Source: an uncultured virus (IMG/VR IMGVR_UViG_3300026522_000616)
Lineage: Duplodnaviria; Heunggongvirae; Uroviricota; Caudoviricetes
IMG/VR virus record: IMGVR_UViG_3300026522_000616
Reading direction: 5' to 3' (one strand)
DNA length: 55,473 bases
This document shows positions 1 to 9,405 of the stretch, piece after piece (positions within the stretch are counted from its first letter, which is position 1; each line of letters starts with the position of its first letter). The notes under the pieces are model-generated. The model was given only the letters and a program-made list of their open reading frames with translations. It had not been told where the DNA came from and did not search any database. A program made the translations under genes and the position numbers.

Positions 1-307
1 TAGTTTTGTCGATAATATCGAATTTATCTTTTCCTTTAAGGTATTGTTGATAAGCAAAACAAATATTTTCGTTTACTGTATGAACAAGTTTTGAAAATTG
101 ATGTAGTTGACTCTGCTCAAAGAATGTTTCAGGTTTGTAATAATATCTACGGCAAGCTAATCTGTGGCGAATATCGTCTTTACAGATGATAAAATATCCA
201 TTTTGACGAAAAAATATAGCAGTTGTAGATTTACCTGAACCAGGTAATCCACTTAATAGAATGGCTTTCGGTTTGTTGTCAATAAGATTTTGAATGCAAA
301 TATTCAT
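1..307 (-). CDS. P-loop kinase, polynucleotide kinase/AAA_33-like (runs off the window edge)
   Basis: Manual translation MNICIQNLIDNKPKAILLSGLPGSGKSTTA...IICKDDIR; Walker A plus DxxR motif. Confidence 0.8.
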   Translation of the reverse strand, partial: MNICIQNLIDNKPKAILLSGLPGSGKSTTAIFFRQNGYFIICKDDIRHRLACRRYYYKPETFFEQSQLHQFSKLVHTVNENICFAYQQYLKGKDKFDIIDKT

Positions 308-322
308 TTTATATTTTTCCTT

Positions 323-622
323 TCATAATCCGAAATTATAGATAAAAAAAACATATATTTTATTTGATTTTTTAATACATGGTAGCAGTTTTTGATAAGT
401 ATATTGATAATCTGCTTCTAATATGCCATTATCGTAATAATTAGAGAAAATATTTAAATGCGTAAAATCCCTTATATTACGTATAATCGTTTCTCTAGTA
501 AATGGGTTATTATATAAATTAGCTATAAAAGATAATGATAATTTATAGTTTTTAATAAAAAGGTTTCCATCGGCATTCATTGAAAGGTTATATTTGCCTA
601 TATGTAATATAAATCTATACAT
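323..622 (-). CDS. hypothetical protein
   Basis: ORF with GAGGA RBS, co-oriented with neighbours. Confidence 0.6.
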   Translation of the reverse strand: MYRFILHIGKYNLSMNADGNLFIKNYKLSLSFIANLYNNPFTRETIIRNIRDFTHLNIFSNYYDNGILEADYQYTYQKLLPCIKKSNKIYVFFIYNFGL

Positions 623-636
623 GATAAATTCCTCAT

Positions 637-951
637 TTATAGTCCATTATATATGGCAAGTTGTATTTTGAAGTAATCATATGTTTGTTGAATAATATCA
701 ATATATTTATTTAAATTTTTATGAAACATTCTGATATTATCACACAAATCAAGAATGGGTTCATGTGGAAGAATATGTGGCTTCCCTTCATCGAATACTG
801 CTCCATATCCATAAAAATGTTCATTGTTCATGGATAATGTGACATATGGAATTCCTGTACCAAATGTAGCTTTAATTTTTACTAATTTTTTATCTTTAAA
901 AATTAATTTTGTTTTCATTAATGATTTCTCCGAAATTGATGATTTTAACAA
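637..951 (-). CDS. hypothetical protein
   Basis: ORF; start uncertain. Confidence 0.55.
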   Translation of the reverse strand: MLKSSISEKSLMKTKLIFKDKKLVKIKATFGTGIPYVTLSMNNEHFYGYGAVFDEGKPHILPHEPILDLCDNIRMFHKNLNKYIDIIQQTYDYFKIQLAIYNGL

Positions 952-1154
952 AAAAATATATAATAAAAATAATTTGAAATGAAAAACCCTCTTGACAATT
1001 AGATTTTATGGGGTATAATAATCATGAAAATTTGATGTATTTCAAAAGTAAATGACCTACAAACAGTAGAATATTTATCTAGAAACATTATAACACGATA
1101 ATGATTATAAGTCAATGATAGTAATATGTTTGGTAAAATAGAAAGGATGTTTTC

Positions 1155-2939
1155 ATGGGTATGGGTAATGGTGTAAGACAATATCAGCAGAGTGCAATTT
1201 GCGATACAGATTATACAGATGATTATATGGTGATTGCGCGTCATGCCGAAATGAAAAAACATTCTTTATATAATGCTTATTTGTTGGATATTGCTAAAAA
1301 TAAGGGCTATTCAACTAAATTAACTGATTCTTATTTGACTGCATTAAATAATTGTCAAAAAGACATGACTACTGTTGTAGATAAAAAAATGGGTACATAT
1401 TATCATACTTATGGATTCCGTTGCAGAAGAAATTTTTGTTGGGGTTGCATGGATAAAAAAACAAATATTTTGTATCGCAATACGTTAAAAGCCGTTGATG
1501 AATATTTGTTTAACAATCCTTCTTCACAGTTTAACGTTTATATGTCAACATTTTCTTTAGATTATGTTGATACTATGGAAGAAGCAGTTGATTCTTTAAA
1601 ACGTTTAGATAAATATATGAAAAAAATTACTAGAGCATATTCTAATTTAAATTATACTAAAAAGAATGGTGCAATTATTGGAAAAGGAAAAAGAAAACCT
1701 TGTATGACATTGGCGAAAATCATTAATGATGATTTAGGATTTATTTCGTCATTAGAATTATCTTATAAGCCGAATCGTGGTTTTAAACCACATATGCACA
1801 TTAATGTAATTACAGATATTAATACACATATTACAGGTCAGGAAATGGATGACCTTTTTATGTATGCTTCAGGTTTAAAGAAAAACGAATTTTATAGTTT
1901 TACAGAAGAAACTCATGCAGATAAACTAGATTTTGATTTTGCAAAGCAGATTGCTTTAATTTCTTCTTATACAATTAAAGGCTTTTTAATTGATTTTCAA
2001 AAAACAGGTATGTCTACTGATGAACAGGCAAAGTCGGCAGGAGTATTATTTGATTTTTTGTTCAAGAAAAATATTGTAAGTGTTTTAGGAAAAATTTTTA
2101 ATGGTCAAAGAATTCGTTCTAAGACAACGAATACTACAGGCAGACATGAACATAAACTTTTAAATCAGATTGGCATTCGTGAAAATGGTTTAAATGAAAA
2201 TGAATATGATGATATTGTAAAAGAATTTGAAGGTCAACCTGTACAAGAAAATGATATTACAGATAATGTGAGTATTGACGAGTCTGGTATTCTTCCTAGA
2301 AAAGAAGATTTAAAAAATGATAAATTTATTAGTGTAGGTCAGGCTGCGAGAAAATATGCACAGAAATTAAATATTAGTAAAACAATTAATATTCCGACGC
2401 ATAATCAAAATCTTTCTTTGTTGAATACATATACAAAAGACAAAATCCAATACGAGCAACAAGTTTTGTGGAATTTTGATGATAATAAACTTTCATTTAT
2501 TGCACATACATCAAAAAATGATTTGAATCGTGTATTAGCTATGCGTATTTTAAAGGTAAAAAATATGTGCAGGGATTTTGCAGAGAAACAAAAGAAGATT
2601 TTAAATGAAAAACATCCAATGCTTTTTGAACATATTGTTGAAAGAGCAAAAGTATCTTATATGAAAGATAAGATTATGAAACATTTTCACATGGATACAT
2701 GTATTAAATATATTTATAATTCATATGAAAATGTGTATTTAAAATCAAGTAAAGTGGATTATGCAGAAAATGGTATGATTTTAAATGCTATTTATTACAA
2801 TACATTTATATCTCATGAAGAATATAATCAAATGAAAAATGAATGGTTAAATTCTAATGAGTATACAATTCCGAATGGTTATTTTTGCCGTTCATCAAAA
2901 CATACAAAGATGTCAAAAAGATTTATTAAAAACAAATAA
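1155..2939 (+). CDS. HUH endonuclease, rolling-circle Rep-like, with long C-terminal extension
   Basis: Cys cluster C..CRRNFCWGC, LELSY..KPHMHINV (HUH), SSYTIK (YxxK); GAAAGGA RBS; TTGACA-17-TATAAT promoter at 992-1018. Confidence 0.7.
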   Translation: MGMGNGVRQYQQSAICDTDYTDDYMVIARHAEMKKHSLYNAYLLDIAKNKGYSTKLTDSYLTALNNCQKDMTTVVDKKMGTYYHTYGFRCRRNFCWGCMDKKTNILYRNTLKAVDEYLFNNPSSQFNVYMSTFSLDYVDTMEEAVDSLKRLDKYMKKITRAYSNLNYTKKNGAIIGKGKRKPCMTLAKIINDDLGFISSLELSYKPNRGFKPHMHINVITDINTHITGQEMDDLFMYASGLKKNEFYSFTEETHADKLDFDFAKQIALISSYTIKGFLIDFQKTGMSTDEQAKSAGVLFDFLFKKNIVSVLGKIFNGQRIRSKTTNTTGRHEHKLLNQIGIRENGLNENEYDDIVKEFEGQPVQENDITDNVSIDESGILPRKEDLKNDKFISVGQAARKYAQKLNISKTINIPTHNQNLSLLNTYTKDKIQYEQQVLWNFDDNKLSFIAHTSKNDLNRVLAMRILKVKNMCRDFAEKQKKILNEKHPMLFEHIVERAKVSYMKDKIMKHFHMDTCIKYIYNSYENVYLKSSKVDYAENGMILNAIYYNTFISHEEYNQMKNEWLNSNEYTIPNGYFCRSSKHTKMSKRFIKNK

Positions 2940-3088
2940 ATTGCTTGACAAATGTTCGTATGTATGATAAGATAAATACTGTGATAAGGATAAATCAAAA
3001 AAATCTTGTATCACATTCAAATTTTTTTCTTGACAATTGAATATATATTTGTTATAATGTCTTTGTTGAAAGATATTATATAAATGTA

Positions 3089-3267
3089 AAGGCGCAATCA
3101 GCAATCATTTACATAATACTAAAACATATTAAATGTTTTTACGAAAAGTCTGCTTACTCATTTCAAAGATTTGACTTTAACGTAATAATTATATTGTATC
3201 TCTCCTTTCAATACAATATATAACCTATAACACTTATTGCACATCACAAGTGATTTATGCGTCTTGT
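3089..3267 (+). ncRNA. CAGCAA-stem RNA motif copy 1 (long insert with anti-SD loop)
   Basis: AAGGCGCA-AT-CAGCAATC...TGCGTCTTGT; ends pair; directly upstream of tRNA-Leu. Confidence 0.6.
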
Positions 3268-3272
3268 TAAAT

Positions 3273-3359
3273 GGCGGATTGGCGAAATTGGCAAACGTAG
3301 CAGACTCAAAATCTGCCGATAGAAATATCTTTTCGGTTCAAGTCCGAAATCCGCTACCA
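3273..3359 (+). tRNA. tRNA-Leu(CAA)
   Basis: Cloverleaf, long variable arm, loop CTCAAAA, CCA end. Confidence 0.95.
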
Positions 3360-3387
3360 AGAATATAATTTCATAATTATATATATT

Positions 3388-3470
3388 TAGACACAGCCAG
3401 CAATCTTTGAATTTAAAAAATGATGATTTTTAAATTTTAATATGGTAACATATTAATCTATGTGTCTAGT
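3388..3470 (+). ncRNA. CAGCAA-stem RNA motif copy 2
   Basis: TAGACACA-GC-CAGCAATC...TGTGTCTAGT; directly upstream of tRNA-Lys. Confidence 0.6.
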
Positions 3471-3474
3471 AAAT

Positions 3475-3550
3475 GAATCTGTAGCTCAGTTGGTAGAGCA
3501 CCTGACTTTTAATCAGGGTGTCGTGGGTTCAAATCCCACCAGGTTCACCA
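3475..3550 (+). tRNA. tRNA-Lys(TTT)
   Basis: Cloverleaf, loop CTTTTAA, CCA. Confidence 0.96.
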
Positions 3551-3562
3551 TTTGAAATTGGT

Positions 3563-3592
3563 AAGACTTCATATTTATGAAGTCTTTTTTTA
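3563..3592 (+). terminator. intrinsic terminator
   Basis: AAGACTTCAT/ATGAAGTCTT hairpin plus T run. Confidence 0.85.
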
Positions 3593-3600
3593 TTGGAAGA

Positions 3601-3670
3601 GAATACCCCCACTTCTAAGCTACGAGGTAGCCGTTAGGCTATCCGAGTAGCGAAAGTTGGGGATGACCAA
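3601..3670 (+). mobile_element. IS200/IS605-family right-end remnant
   Basis: GAATACCCCCACTT...AAGTTGGGGATGACCAA resembles the GAA-CCC-hairpin-GGG-GTCAA end of tnpB elements. Confidence 0.5.
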
Positions 3671-3835
3671 TATTAACTCTTGACTATTTTCACAAATAGT
3701 GATACAATTAAATCAAAATAGGTGAAATAAAATGCTAATGGCAATATAATTGCAAAGTAGTAAAGATAGATATTCTATTACATTTTAATATTTTTGATGT
3801 AACTCAAGTATAAAAAGAAAAGGAGATAGATAAAA

Positions 3836-4174
3836 ATGGAAGTTCAATATAAGGCTGAGTTTGACTGTAAGCTGGTCAATAGTTCTTATGGAGTTAAGAT
3901 GTTTATAAATGGTGTTTATATCGGTTGTCAAAATTCTACAGATAATAGAATGAAAGAGCTTATTAATAGTGAGTTAGAAAAACACAAAATTCCTAAACAT
4001 GAACCTAAATCCATGACAGAATCACGTAAGCGTAAGATTGAGAAAAATAAACAAATGTTAGAGCATAGTAAAAAAGTAAGAGATTCCTTAAATAAATATT
4101 ATACTGGTGAAAGAACTTATACTTATTTGGGTAAGGGTGAGAACTTCCCATTAGATTATGAGCCTATTGTATGA
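3836..4174 (+). CDS. hypothetical protein
   Basis: AAGGAG RBS. Confidence 0.75.
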   Translation: MEVQYKAEFDCKLVNSSYGVKMFINGVYIGCQNSTDNRMKELINSELEKHKIPKHEPKSMTESRKRKIEKNKQMLEHSKKVRDSLNKYYTGERTYTYLGKGENFPLDYEPIV

Positions 4175-4195
4175 TAAACAAAAGGAGATAGAAAA

Positions 4196-4456
4196 ATGTA
4201 TAGAGCAGAAACTTGGGCATGGCATTGTCCGTTGGAGGAGAATACATATATTAAATGTGGTCAAACGAATAAGATGGAACAAGTCGCGGAGATATTCAAT
4301 AAAAAACTAAATGAAGAGTTTACTGTTGAATGTGGAGGTAGACGCTATAAGGCATACTTTGAAAAAAGCGGAATTAGAGTCCATGCTATGTATTATGATT
4401 TGTGGGACAGTGTTCTTATTGGGCTACTTACAGGGGAAGCGACGATTGTTGGTTAA
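4196..4456 (+). CDS. hypothetical protein
   Basis: AAGGAG RBS. Confidence 0.75.
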   Translation: MYRAETWAWHCPLEENTYIKCGQTNKMEQVAEIFNKKLNEEFTVECGGRRYKAYFEKSGIRVHAMYYDLWDSVLIGLLTGEATIVG

Positions 4457-4482
4457 ATAAAAGTACAAAAGGAGTTAATTTT

Positions 4483-4962
4483 ATGGCTAAATATAACTGT
4501 GTAACTCGTTCTTCTTATTTTTATGTAGTCGATGAGTTTGAATATGAAAAATTTAAGCAACATATTGTTGTTGGAGATAATGACGAGAGAATAGAGTTTT
4601 GGCATAAAATTGCAGATAAGGCTGAAAGTGACGAAGTATACACTGGTAAAAATATGAAACATGCTTTTGGTGGTTATACACAAATATTAGGGTATGTAGA
4701 GGACATTGAGCATTATGATAGCAAGTTATTTTATCCAACTCCAAACTATAAGCTATTTTTAGAAAAGTTATCTAAAATTATTGCACCTAATTCTGCTTGT
4801 ATTATTACAGAAGTAGGTAATAATGCATTGCGGTATCTTGGAGCAGAGGTTAGTATCGTAACACATAATAATTATGAGACACTTGTACTTGATGAAATTA
4901 TTAAGAACAGATTATCAAATAAAAAAGGAATTACATATAGTGATATTGATATGTGGTTTTAA
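4483..4962 (+). CDS. hypothetical protein
   Basis: Start moved to the ATG after AAGGAG. Confidence 0.75.
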   Translation: MAKYNCVTRSSYFYVVDEFEYEKFKQHIVVGDNDERIEFWHKIADKAESDEVYTGKNMKHAFGGYTQILGYVEDIEHYDSKLFYPTPNYKLFLEKLSKIIAPNSACIITEVGNNALRYLGAEVSIVTHNNYETLVLDEIIKNRLSNKKGITYSDIDMWF

Positions 4963-5096
4963 TAAGGTGGAGACTATAAAAGACAAAAAACACTTATTTA
5001 TAATAGAGTTGACTTGACTAGACATTTGAGATATAAAATTATGAATTATATAAATATTGCAATTAGTATTATTAGAAATAAGAACGGGGTGTAATA

Positions 5097-5315
5097 ATGG
5101 AAGTACGTGTAATTTTTATGGATGCAACTGCTGAAAAAGTATTCAAAAACGTAGACAATATCTATACAAAAGGTGGTCTACTCGTTATTAGAGAAGGAGA
5201 TTGGCTTTACAAGTATCCCTTGGAGCATATATTCTCTATCGTGCATAAACACGGAGCACATTGGGGAAGCAACGCATGGAAGAAGAAAGAATTTACAAAG
5301 CAAAAAGACGCTTGA
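5097..5315 (+). CDS. hypothetical protein
   Basis: GGGGTG RBS. Confidence 0.65.
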   Translation: MEVRVIFMDATAEKVFKNVDNIYTKGGLLVIREGDWLYKYPLEHIFSIVHKHGAHWGSNAWKKKEFTKQKDA

Positions 5316-5436
5316 AAGGCGTGCTATATAGAGGATTTATTATGAAAACGACAAAAAAAACTGCTGCCCATATTGTGGCAGCAAAGACATCACCATCGAT
5401 GTAGATGTTACAGTTGGCACTCGTTTTGAGAACAGT

Positions 5437-6435
5437 ATGCTTATTCTTGAAAGGAGAAGAAGAATGAATACAGTTGAAAAGTTAAAGAAAATCTACGATG
5501 AATTAGATAGTGTAGTTGTCAAAGAATGTCATTCAACTGATTATTCAATTAATGGGTGTAGGGTTTGCCCATATTACTCTCACAATGAATGCGACTTTGA
5601 GAAAACTGAAATAAATATTAATCACTTGATTTATGTCTCAGAGAAGCTAGAAGTACAGAGAAAAAAGAGAATAGCTAAAAAATATAAAAAAACCATCTAT
5701 GTAACAGAAGAGGATTGCAGAACGTTGCTTCATCATTCTCCGACAGCATATTTACATCCTGGAAGCGTAAAAAGTATTTGCGCGACATTTGATAACGGGT
5801 ATGAGGTCGTTATCGGTTTTACACCGACATTTGAGTTAGAAGATGATTTCACATTTAGTTTATTCGGTAAAAATGACGAATTCATCAAGACAGAATACTA
5901 TGAGCATTTTCAAGAGACATGGAGGGTTACTGACCCCAATACTTGTGATGAGTATGAATTAACTCTGATTAGAAGCGATAAGCCTAGGCTGTCAGGAGAA
6001 GCACATATTCGCCGACAAGAAAAAGTATCCAATAATGACAAAATGCCAGAGAAACACGAACAGGAGAATAAGCCAAGCAAAATCATTCACGATTTGACGA
6101 TAACAGTAGACGAAGAAACCCTTAAAGATTGGAGAAATCCAACAGGGTTTATGGATGGAGGATATAAGGCTGTGTGGGGAGAATTTGACAATTATCTCAC
6201 CGTTAGGGTAAAACCATCTATGACGTTGGAAGGTGATGGTTTCATCGAAGTTTGCTTGTATAAGGATGGTAAGGAAGTTGCATCAACGTATCCATACTTC
6301 TTGTTTGACCCGATACGCCTTGAATATAATAATGAAGAATATCATATTCAGCTAGAAAAAGAATATAAAGAAAAAAGACCAGAGTTGAGATACACGGAGG
6401 ATTTATTTTTGAAAGAAGATGAAAGCAATGGCTAA
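5437..6435 (+). CDS. hypothetical protein (true start probably 5464)
   Basis: Long ORF, Cys-rich N-terminus, two similar internal domains. Confidence 0.75.
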   Translation: MLILERRRRMNTVEKLKKIYDELDSVVVKECHSTDYSINGCRVCPYYSHNECDFEKTEININHLIYVSEKLEVQRKKRIAKKYKKTIYVTEEDCRTLLHHSPTAYLHPGSVKSICATFDNGYEVVIGFTPTFELEDDFTFSLFGKNDEFIKTEYYEHFQETWRVTDPNTCDEYELTLIRSDKPRLSGEAHIRRQEKVSNNDKMPEKHEQENKPSKIIHDLTITVDEETLKDWRNPTGFMDGGYKAVWGEFDNYLTVRVKPSMTLEGDGFIEVCLYKDGKEVASTYPYFLFDPIRLEYNNEEYHIQLEKEYKEKRPELRYTEDLFLKEDESNG

Positions 6436-6617
6436 TTATTGCTATGCAGTTTGTTTTTCGTATTTCTATTTCACAGATGAGAAAAATACAAAGAACTTAT
6501 GGAGCACATCATTACTCGTGTGAATCTTCTATTGCCGGGACGTAAAAGAAGATTTAGAAAACGTAGAAAAGGGGAGCACTTCTGATACTCACAAAAATTA
6601 AAGATACTATCAATAAA

Positions 6618-6884
6618 ATGTACTGCTTTTTCTTTGACCATGAATTACTAGATAAATTAATCATTGCATATAGTATTGATGTTGGATATATGTATGCTAC
6701 AATCAGCATATATAAAGTCTCGAAATGTAGAAGATGCGGAAAGACTTTTTGCAAAAAAATTGATTCATATGATAAGTTCGGTTGGTATTCTCAGTATCTT
6801 GCAGATGAAGAAGAGAAAATTCTTCGAAAAAGAGGAATCGTATCAATCGCTGAAGCATATCAAAAAGTAGAGAAAAAAGATTAA
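6618..6884 (+). CDS. hypothetical CxxC protein
   Basis: KCRRCGK motif. Confidence 0.55.
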   Translation: MYCFFFDHELLDKLIIAYSIDVGYMYATISIYKVSKCRRCGKTFCKKIDSYDKFGWYSQYLADEEEKILRKRGIVSIAEAYQKVEKKD

Positions 6885-6931
6885 CTCATACTGGGAGACT
6901 AAAAAGGACTGCTAGTAAAAGAGGTGAGAAT

Positions 6932-7390
6932 ATGTATCTGGCAGAAGCGAAAGCTAAAAAACTTGAGCCTATCAAACAATGTCTTAAAATGTATACGAAC
7001 TATCAGATTGAATCAATTAATGATGGTTTTATCATCGTATTTCCATATAGATATTGGCTTGACGGCGATGGTATGTCGATAGTTCTTCTCCTTGAAGATG
7101 ATATGGATACGCTTATCTTACAAGACGATGATTTCTGTATCCATAATTCTATCTGTTTAATTCCAGAAGAAAGAAATAATGTACTCGCCATGGCGAAAAA
7201 ATGTAGGCTCGATTGTTTTTATGATAATGATGAACATGCGACACCAGAATTCCGCGCAAAAATCTCGCCACTTTCTTTTTGCCTTAATAGCAACATAGAA
7301 AGGCTAATTGATAAGATTGAAGAGTTCCTGAATAAACTTATCGTATTCAACTGGAAAGCATACGAGGAAATGGATATAAGGCATTCATAG
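6932..7390 (+). CDS. hypothetical protein (DUF1828-like)
   Basis: FPYRYWLDGDGMSI..ILQDD pattern; GAGGTG RBS. Confidence 0.6.
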   Translation: MYLAEAKAKKLEPIKQCLKMYTNYQIESINDGFIIVFPYRYWLDGDGMSIVLLLEDDMDTLILQDDDFCIHNSICLIPEERNNVLAMAKKCRLDCFYDNDEHATPEFRAKISPLSFCLNSNIERLIDKIEEFLNKLIVFNWKAYEEMDIRHS

Positions 7391-7392
7391 AC

Positions 7393-7439
7393 AGGTGCGG
7401 CGGAGACTCGTGACTTCAGTCATGAGAGGAGCCACACCT
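7393..7439. mobile_element. IS200/IS605-family end hairpin remnant
   Basis: AGGTGCGGC..CTCGTGACTTCAGTCATGAG..GCCACACCT nested palindrome. Confidence 0.6.
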
Positions 7440-7535
7440 TCCACCTCCTTTTGATAAAAAATATAGAGTTTCAGCAAAAAATTACTATAATAATTTTGAT
7501 GAAGATAAAGAAAGTTTATGGTATATGATGTTAGT

Positions 7536-7676
7536 ACTACGTTGTTTATGTTATCTTACCCTAGAATGATACCCTAGTTCTAGGCTCTAAGTAGGTTCTG
7601 TAAACAGCTCTGATAGGTAGGAACAGTTAACCTAGTGTGGTCGAATACGACAAGCATTTGTAACTTTAGCGAAAGG
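7536..7676 (+). ncRNA. orphan IscB omega-RNA (HEARO-like) scaffold fragment
   Basis: CTACGTT...CCTAGAATGATACCCTAGTTCTAGGCTCT...TAAACAG...AAGC...AACTTTAGCGAAAGG; no iscB ORF follows. Confidence 0.65.
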
Positions 7677-7729
7677 AGGAAATATGTTATCTGATATTGA
7701 CAAATGAGATTAAATGTGATAATATATAA

Positions 7730-7900
7730 GTATGAAATGCAGGAAGTATTTCATACAAGTAAAGACACTTTCAGCAATCATTTATTGATTATTGATAGGA
7801 AATCATAATGTGTCTTGTGTTTGAATTTCTGATTTCTTGGCAGTTCTCCTTTAACAAAAGTACGATAATATGGTGATTAAATTATCGTGCTTTTTGTTTT
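7730..7900 (+). ncRNA. sRNA containing CAGCAA-stem motif copy 3 (7762-7818)
   Basis: TTGACA at 7697; AAGACAC-TTT-CAGCAATC...TGTGTCTTGT; anti-SD TTCTCCTTT at 7844; terminator 7856-7900; no ORF. Confidence 0.6.
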
Positions 7901-7935
7901 GAGGAAATGAATCCATAGAAAGAAGGTATAAAAGA

Positions 7936-8100
7936 ATGATTAAAGAAACTGATATTAAGCCAAAAGTTCATAAAGATTATAATGAACAGGTTTTTGTTTC
8001 TTTAAAAGAGGTACAATTTGCAAAACGAGCAGTTGATGTAATCCTTTGTGTTTGTGCAATTGCTTGTGCTATGGCGATTTTGGTGTATTACCATATGTAA
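7936..8100 (+). CDS. small membrane protein (54 aa)
   Basis: AGAAGG RBS, hydrophobic C-terminus. Confidence 0.5.
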   Translation: MIKETDIKPKVHKDYNEQVFVSLKEVQFAKRAVDVILCVCAIACAMAILVYYHM

Positions 8101-8114
8101 AAATTTTATCGAAA

Positions 8115-8411
8115 GCGCCGTAAAACCCCGCCCTTTAGGGCTGGGGATATAAGGCGCGAGAACTAAATTAAGTATTGACAAGCACCAACTTTTGTATTAT
8201 AATATAAACAAAATAACAAACAGTAGCTTAAACAATATAAAAACTGTACCGTAGGGCTTACGGAATCAGTATAAAACTAAGCCTATGGAGATTGCGTAAG
8301 ACATAAAAATATATAGTATAACTATCATAACTATATATCATGTGATTAAATCACATGATGCTGCGGTCAATGAATTAGGAATTCCCTGCCTTTAGGCATG
8401 GGGAGTGTCAA
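8115..8411 (+). mobile_element. non-autonomous IS200/IS605 mini-element: left-end hairpin, promoter and TnpB omega-RNA
   Basis: CCCCGCCCTTTAGGGCTGGGG hairpin; TTGACA-17-TATAAT 8175-8203; GTACCGTAGGGCTTACGGAA..GCCTATGGAG..GAATTCCCTGCCTTTAGGCATGGGGAGTGTCAA. Confidence 0.75.
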
Positions 8412-8468
8412 ATACCTGTTATATTAAACATATGTTTATTTTATATAATAGGTGTAAGAAAGAAATAT

Positions 8469-8546
8469 GGCGCAGTAGCACAGTTGGATTAGTGCATAGA
8501 CCTTCTAAGTCTACGGTCGTGAGTTCGAGTCTCACCTGTGTCACCA
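8469..8546 (+). tRNA. tRNA-Arg(TCT)
   Basis: Loop CTTCTAA, CCA. Confidence 0.95.
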
Positions 8547-8745
8547 TTTAGATTTTTTATGTATTTAAAAAATTTTGTGCTTGACAAATGATTGGATACA
8601 TGATACAATAAATGAGTAAGGTTGATAAAGATATTTTACTTCTTAAAAAAAATAAATCAAGAAAGCACTTGACAGATAGCGATTGATTTGATATAATAAA
8701 GAAGTAAGGTTGAGATAAATCTTACAAAAGAGAAAATCAAATAAT

Positions 8746-8832
8746 GCGAGTGTGGCGGAATCGGCAGACGCATGGAACTTAAAATCCTAGGGTGGCAATA
8801 CCGTGAGGGTTCAATTCTCTCCATTCGCGCCA
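8746..8832 (+). tRNA. tRNA-Leu(TAA) copy 1 (mismatch in anticodon stem)
   Basis: Loop CTTAAAA; stem TGGAA/TCCTA imperfect. Confidence 0.8.
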
Positions 8833-8859
8833 AATTATTATTTTTCTTGGGGGGATTTA

Positions 8860-9099
8860 ATGAGAAATTATCCAGTAGACTCAATCCATTTATCAATCGA
8901 AGAGGTTATTCCATTTAATAATGACAGGCATTCTGGAATTATTTTTAAATGGTCCAGCGATATTGGATTTGGAGAGTATACAATATATAAAAATAAAGAT
9001 GGTTGGTTTGCTGACTCAGAAACCATGGATTCTAATAACGACAAAAGTTTTGTAAAAGAACTAATGAATCTTTGGATAAAAGATGTTTGTGTTATATAA
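8860..9099 (+). CDS. hypothetical protein between duplicated tRNA-Leu genes
   Basis: GGGGGA RBS, ATG at 8860. Confidence 0.7.
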   Translation: MRNYPVDSIHLSIEEVIPFNNDRHSGIIFKWSSDIGFGEYTIYKNKDGWFADSETMDSNNDKSFVKELMNLWIKDVCVI

Positions 9100-9151
9100 T
9101 CTTTGTTTTCAAGAGCATCATTCATTTTAAATATACTTAGCTTTGTATAGT

Positions 9152-9238
9152 GCGAGTGTGACGGAATTGGCAGACGTATGGGACTTAAAATCCCAGGGTA
9201 GTAATACCGTGAGGGTTCGACCCCCTCCATTCGCACCA
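9152..9238 (+). tRNA. tRNA-Leu(TAA) copy 2
   Basis: Perfect anticodon stem TGGGA/TCCCA, CCA. Confidence 0.95.
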
Positions 9239-9242
9239 TTAT

Positions 9243-9319
9243 GTTGGTTGTGGCGAAATGGTTAACGCGCTAGATTGTGGCTCTAGTTATTGCAGGTTCA
9301 AATCCTGTCAACCACCCCA
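9243..9319 (+). tRNA. tRNA-His(GTG)
   Basis: Loop TTGTGGC, G-1, C discriminator, CCA. Confidence 0.92.
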
Positions 9320-9320
9320 A

Positions 9321-9394
9321 GATAACTTATATATCAGTACCTTTACGTGGTAGTTATCATAAGTATCTGAAAAAGAGAAACTAAAACTGATATA
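9321..9394 (+). ncRNA. HDV-like theta ribozyme
   Basis: P1 GATAACT/AGTTATC, P2 ATATCAGT/ACTGATAT, P3 ACC/GGT with L3 TTTACGT, J4/2 CTAA. Confidence 0.85.
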
Positions 9395-9405
9395 AGACAA
9401 TTAAA

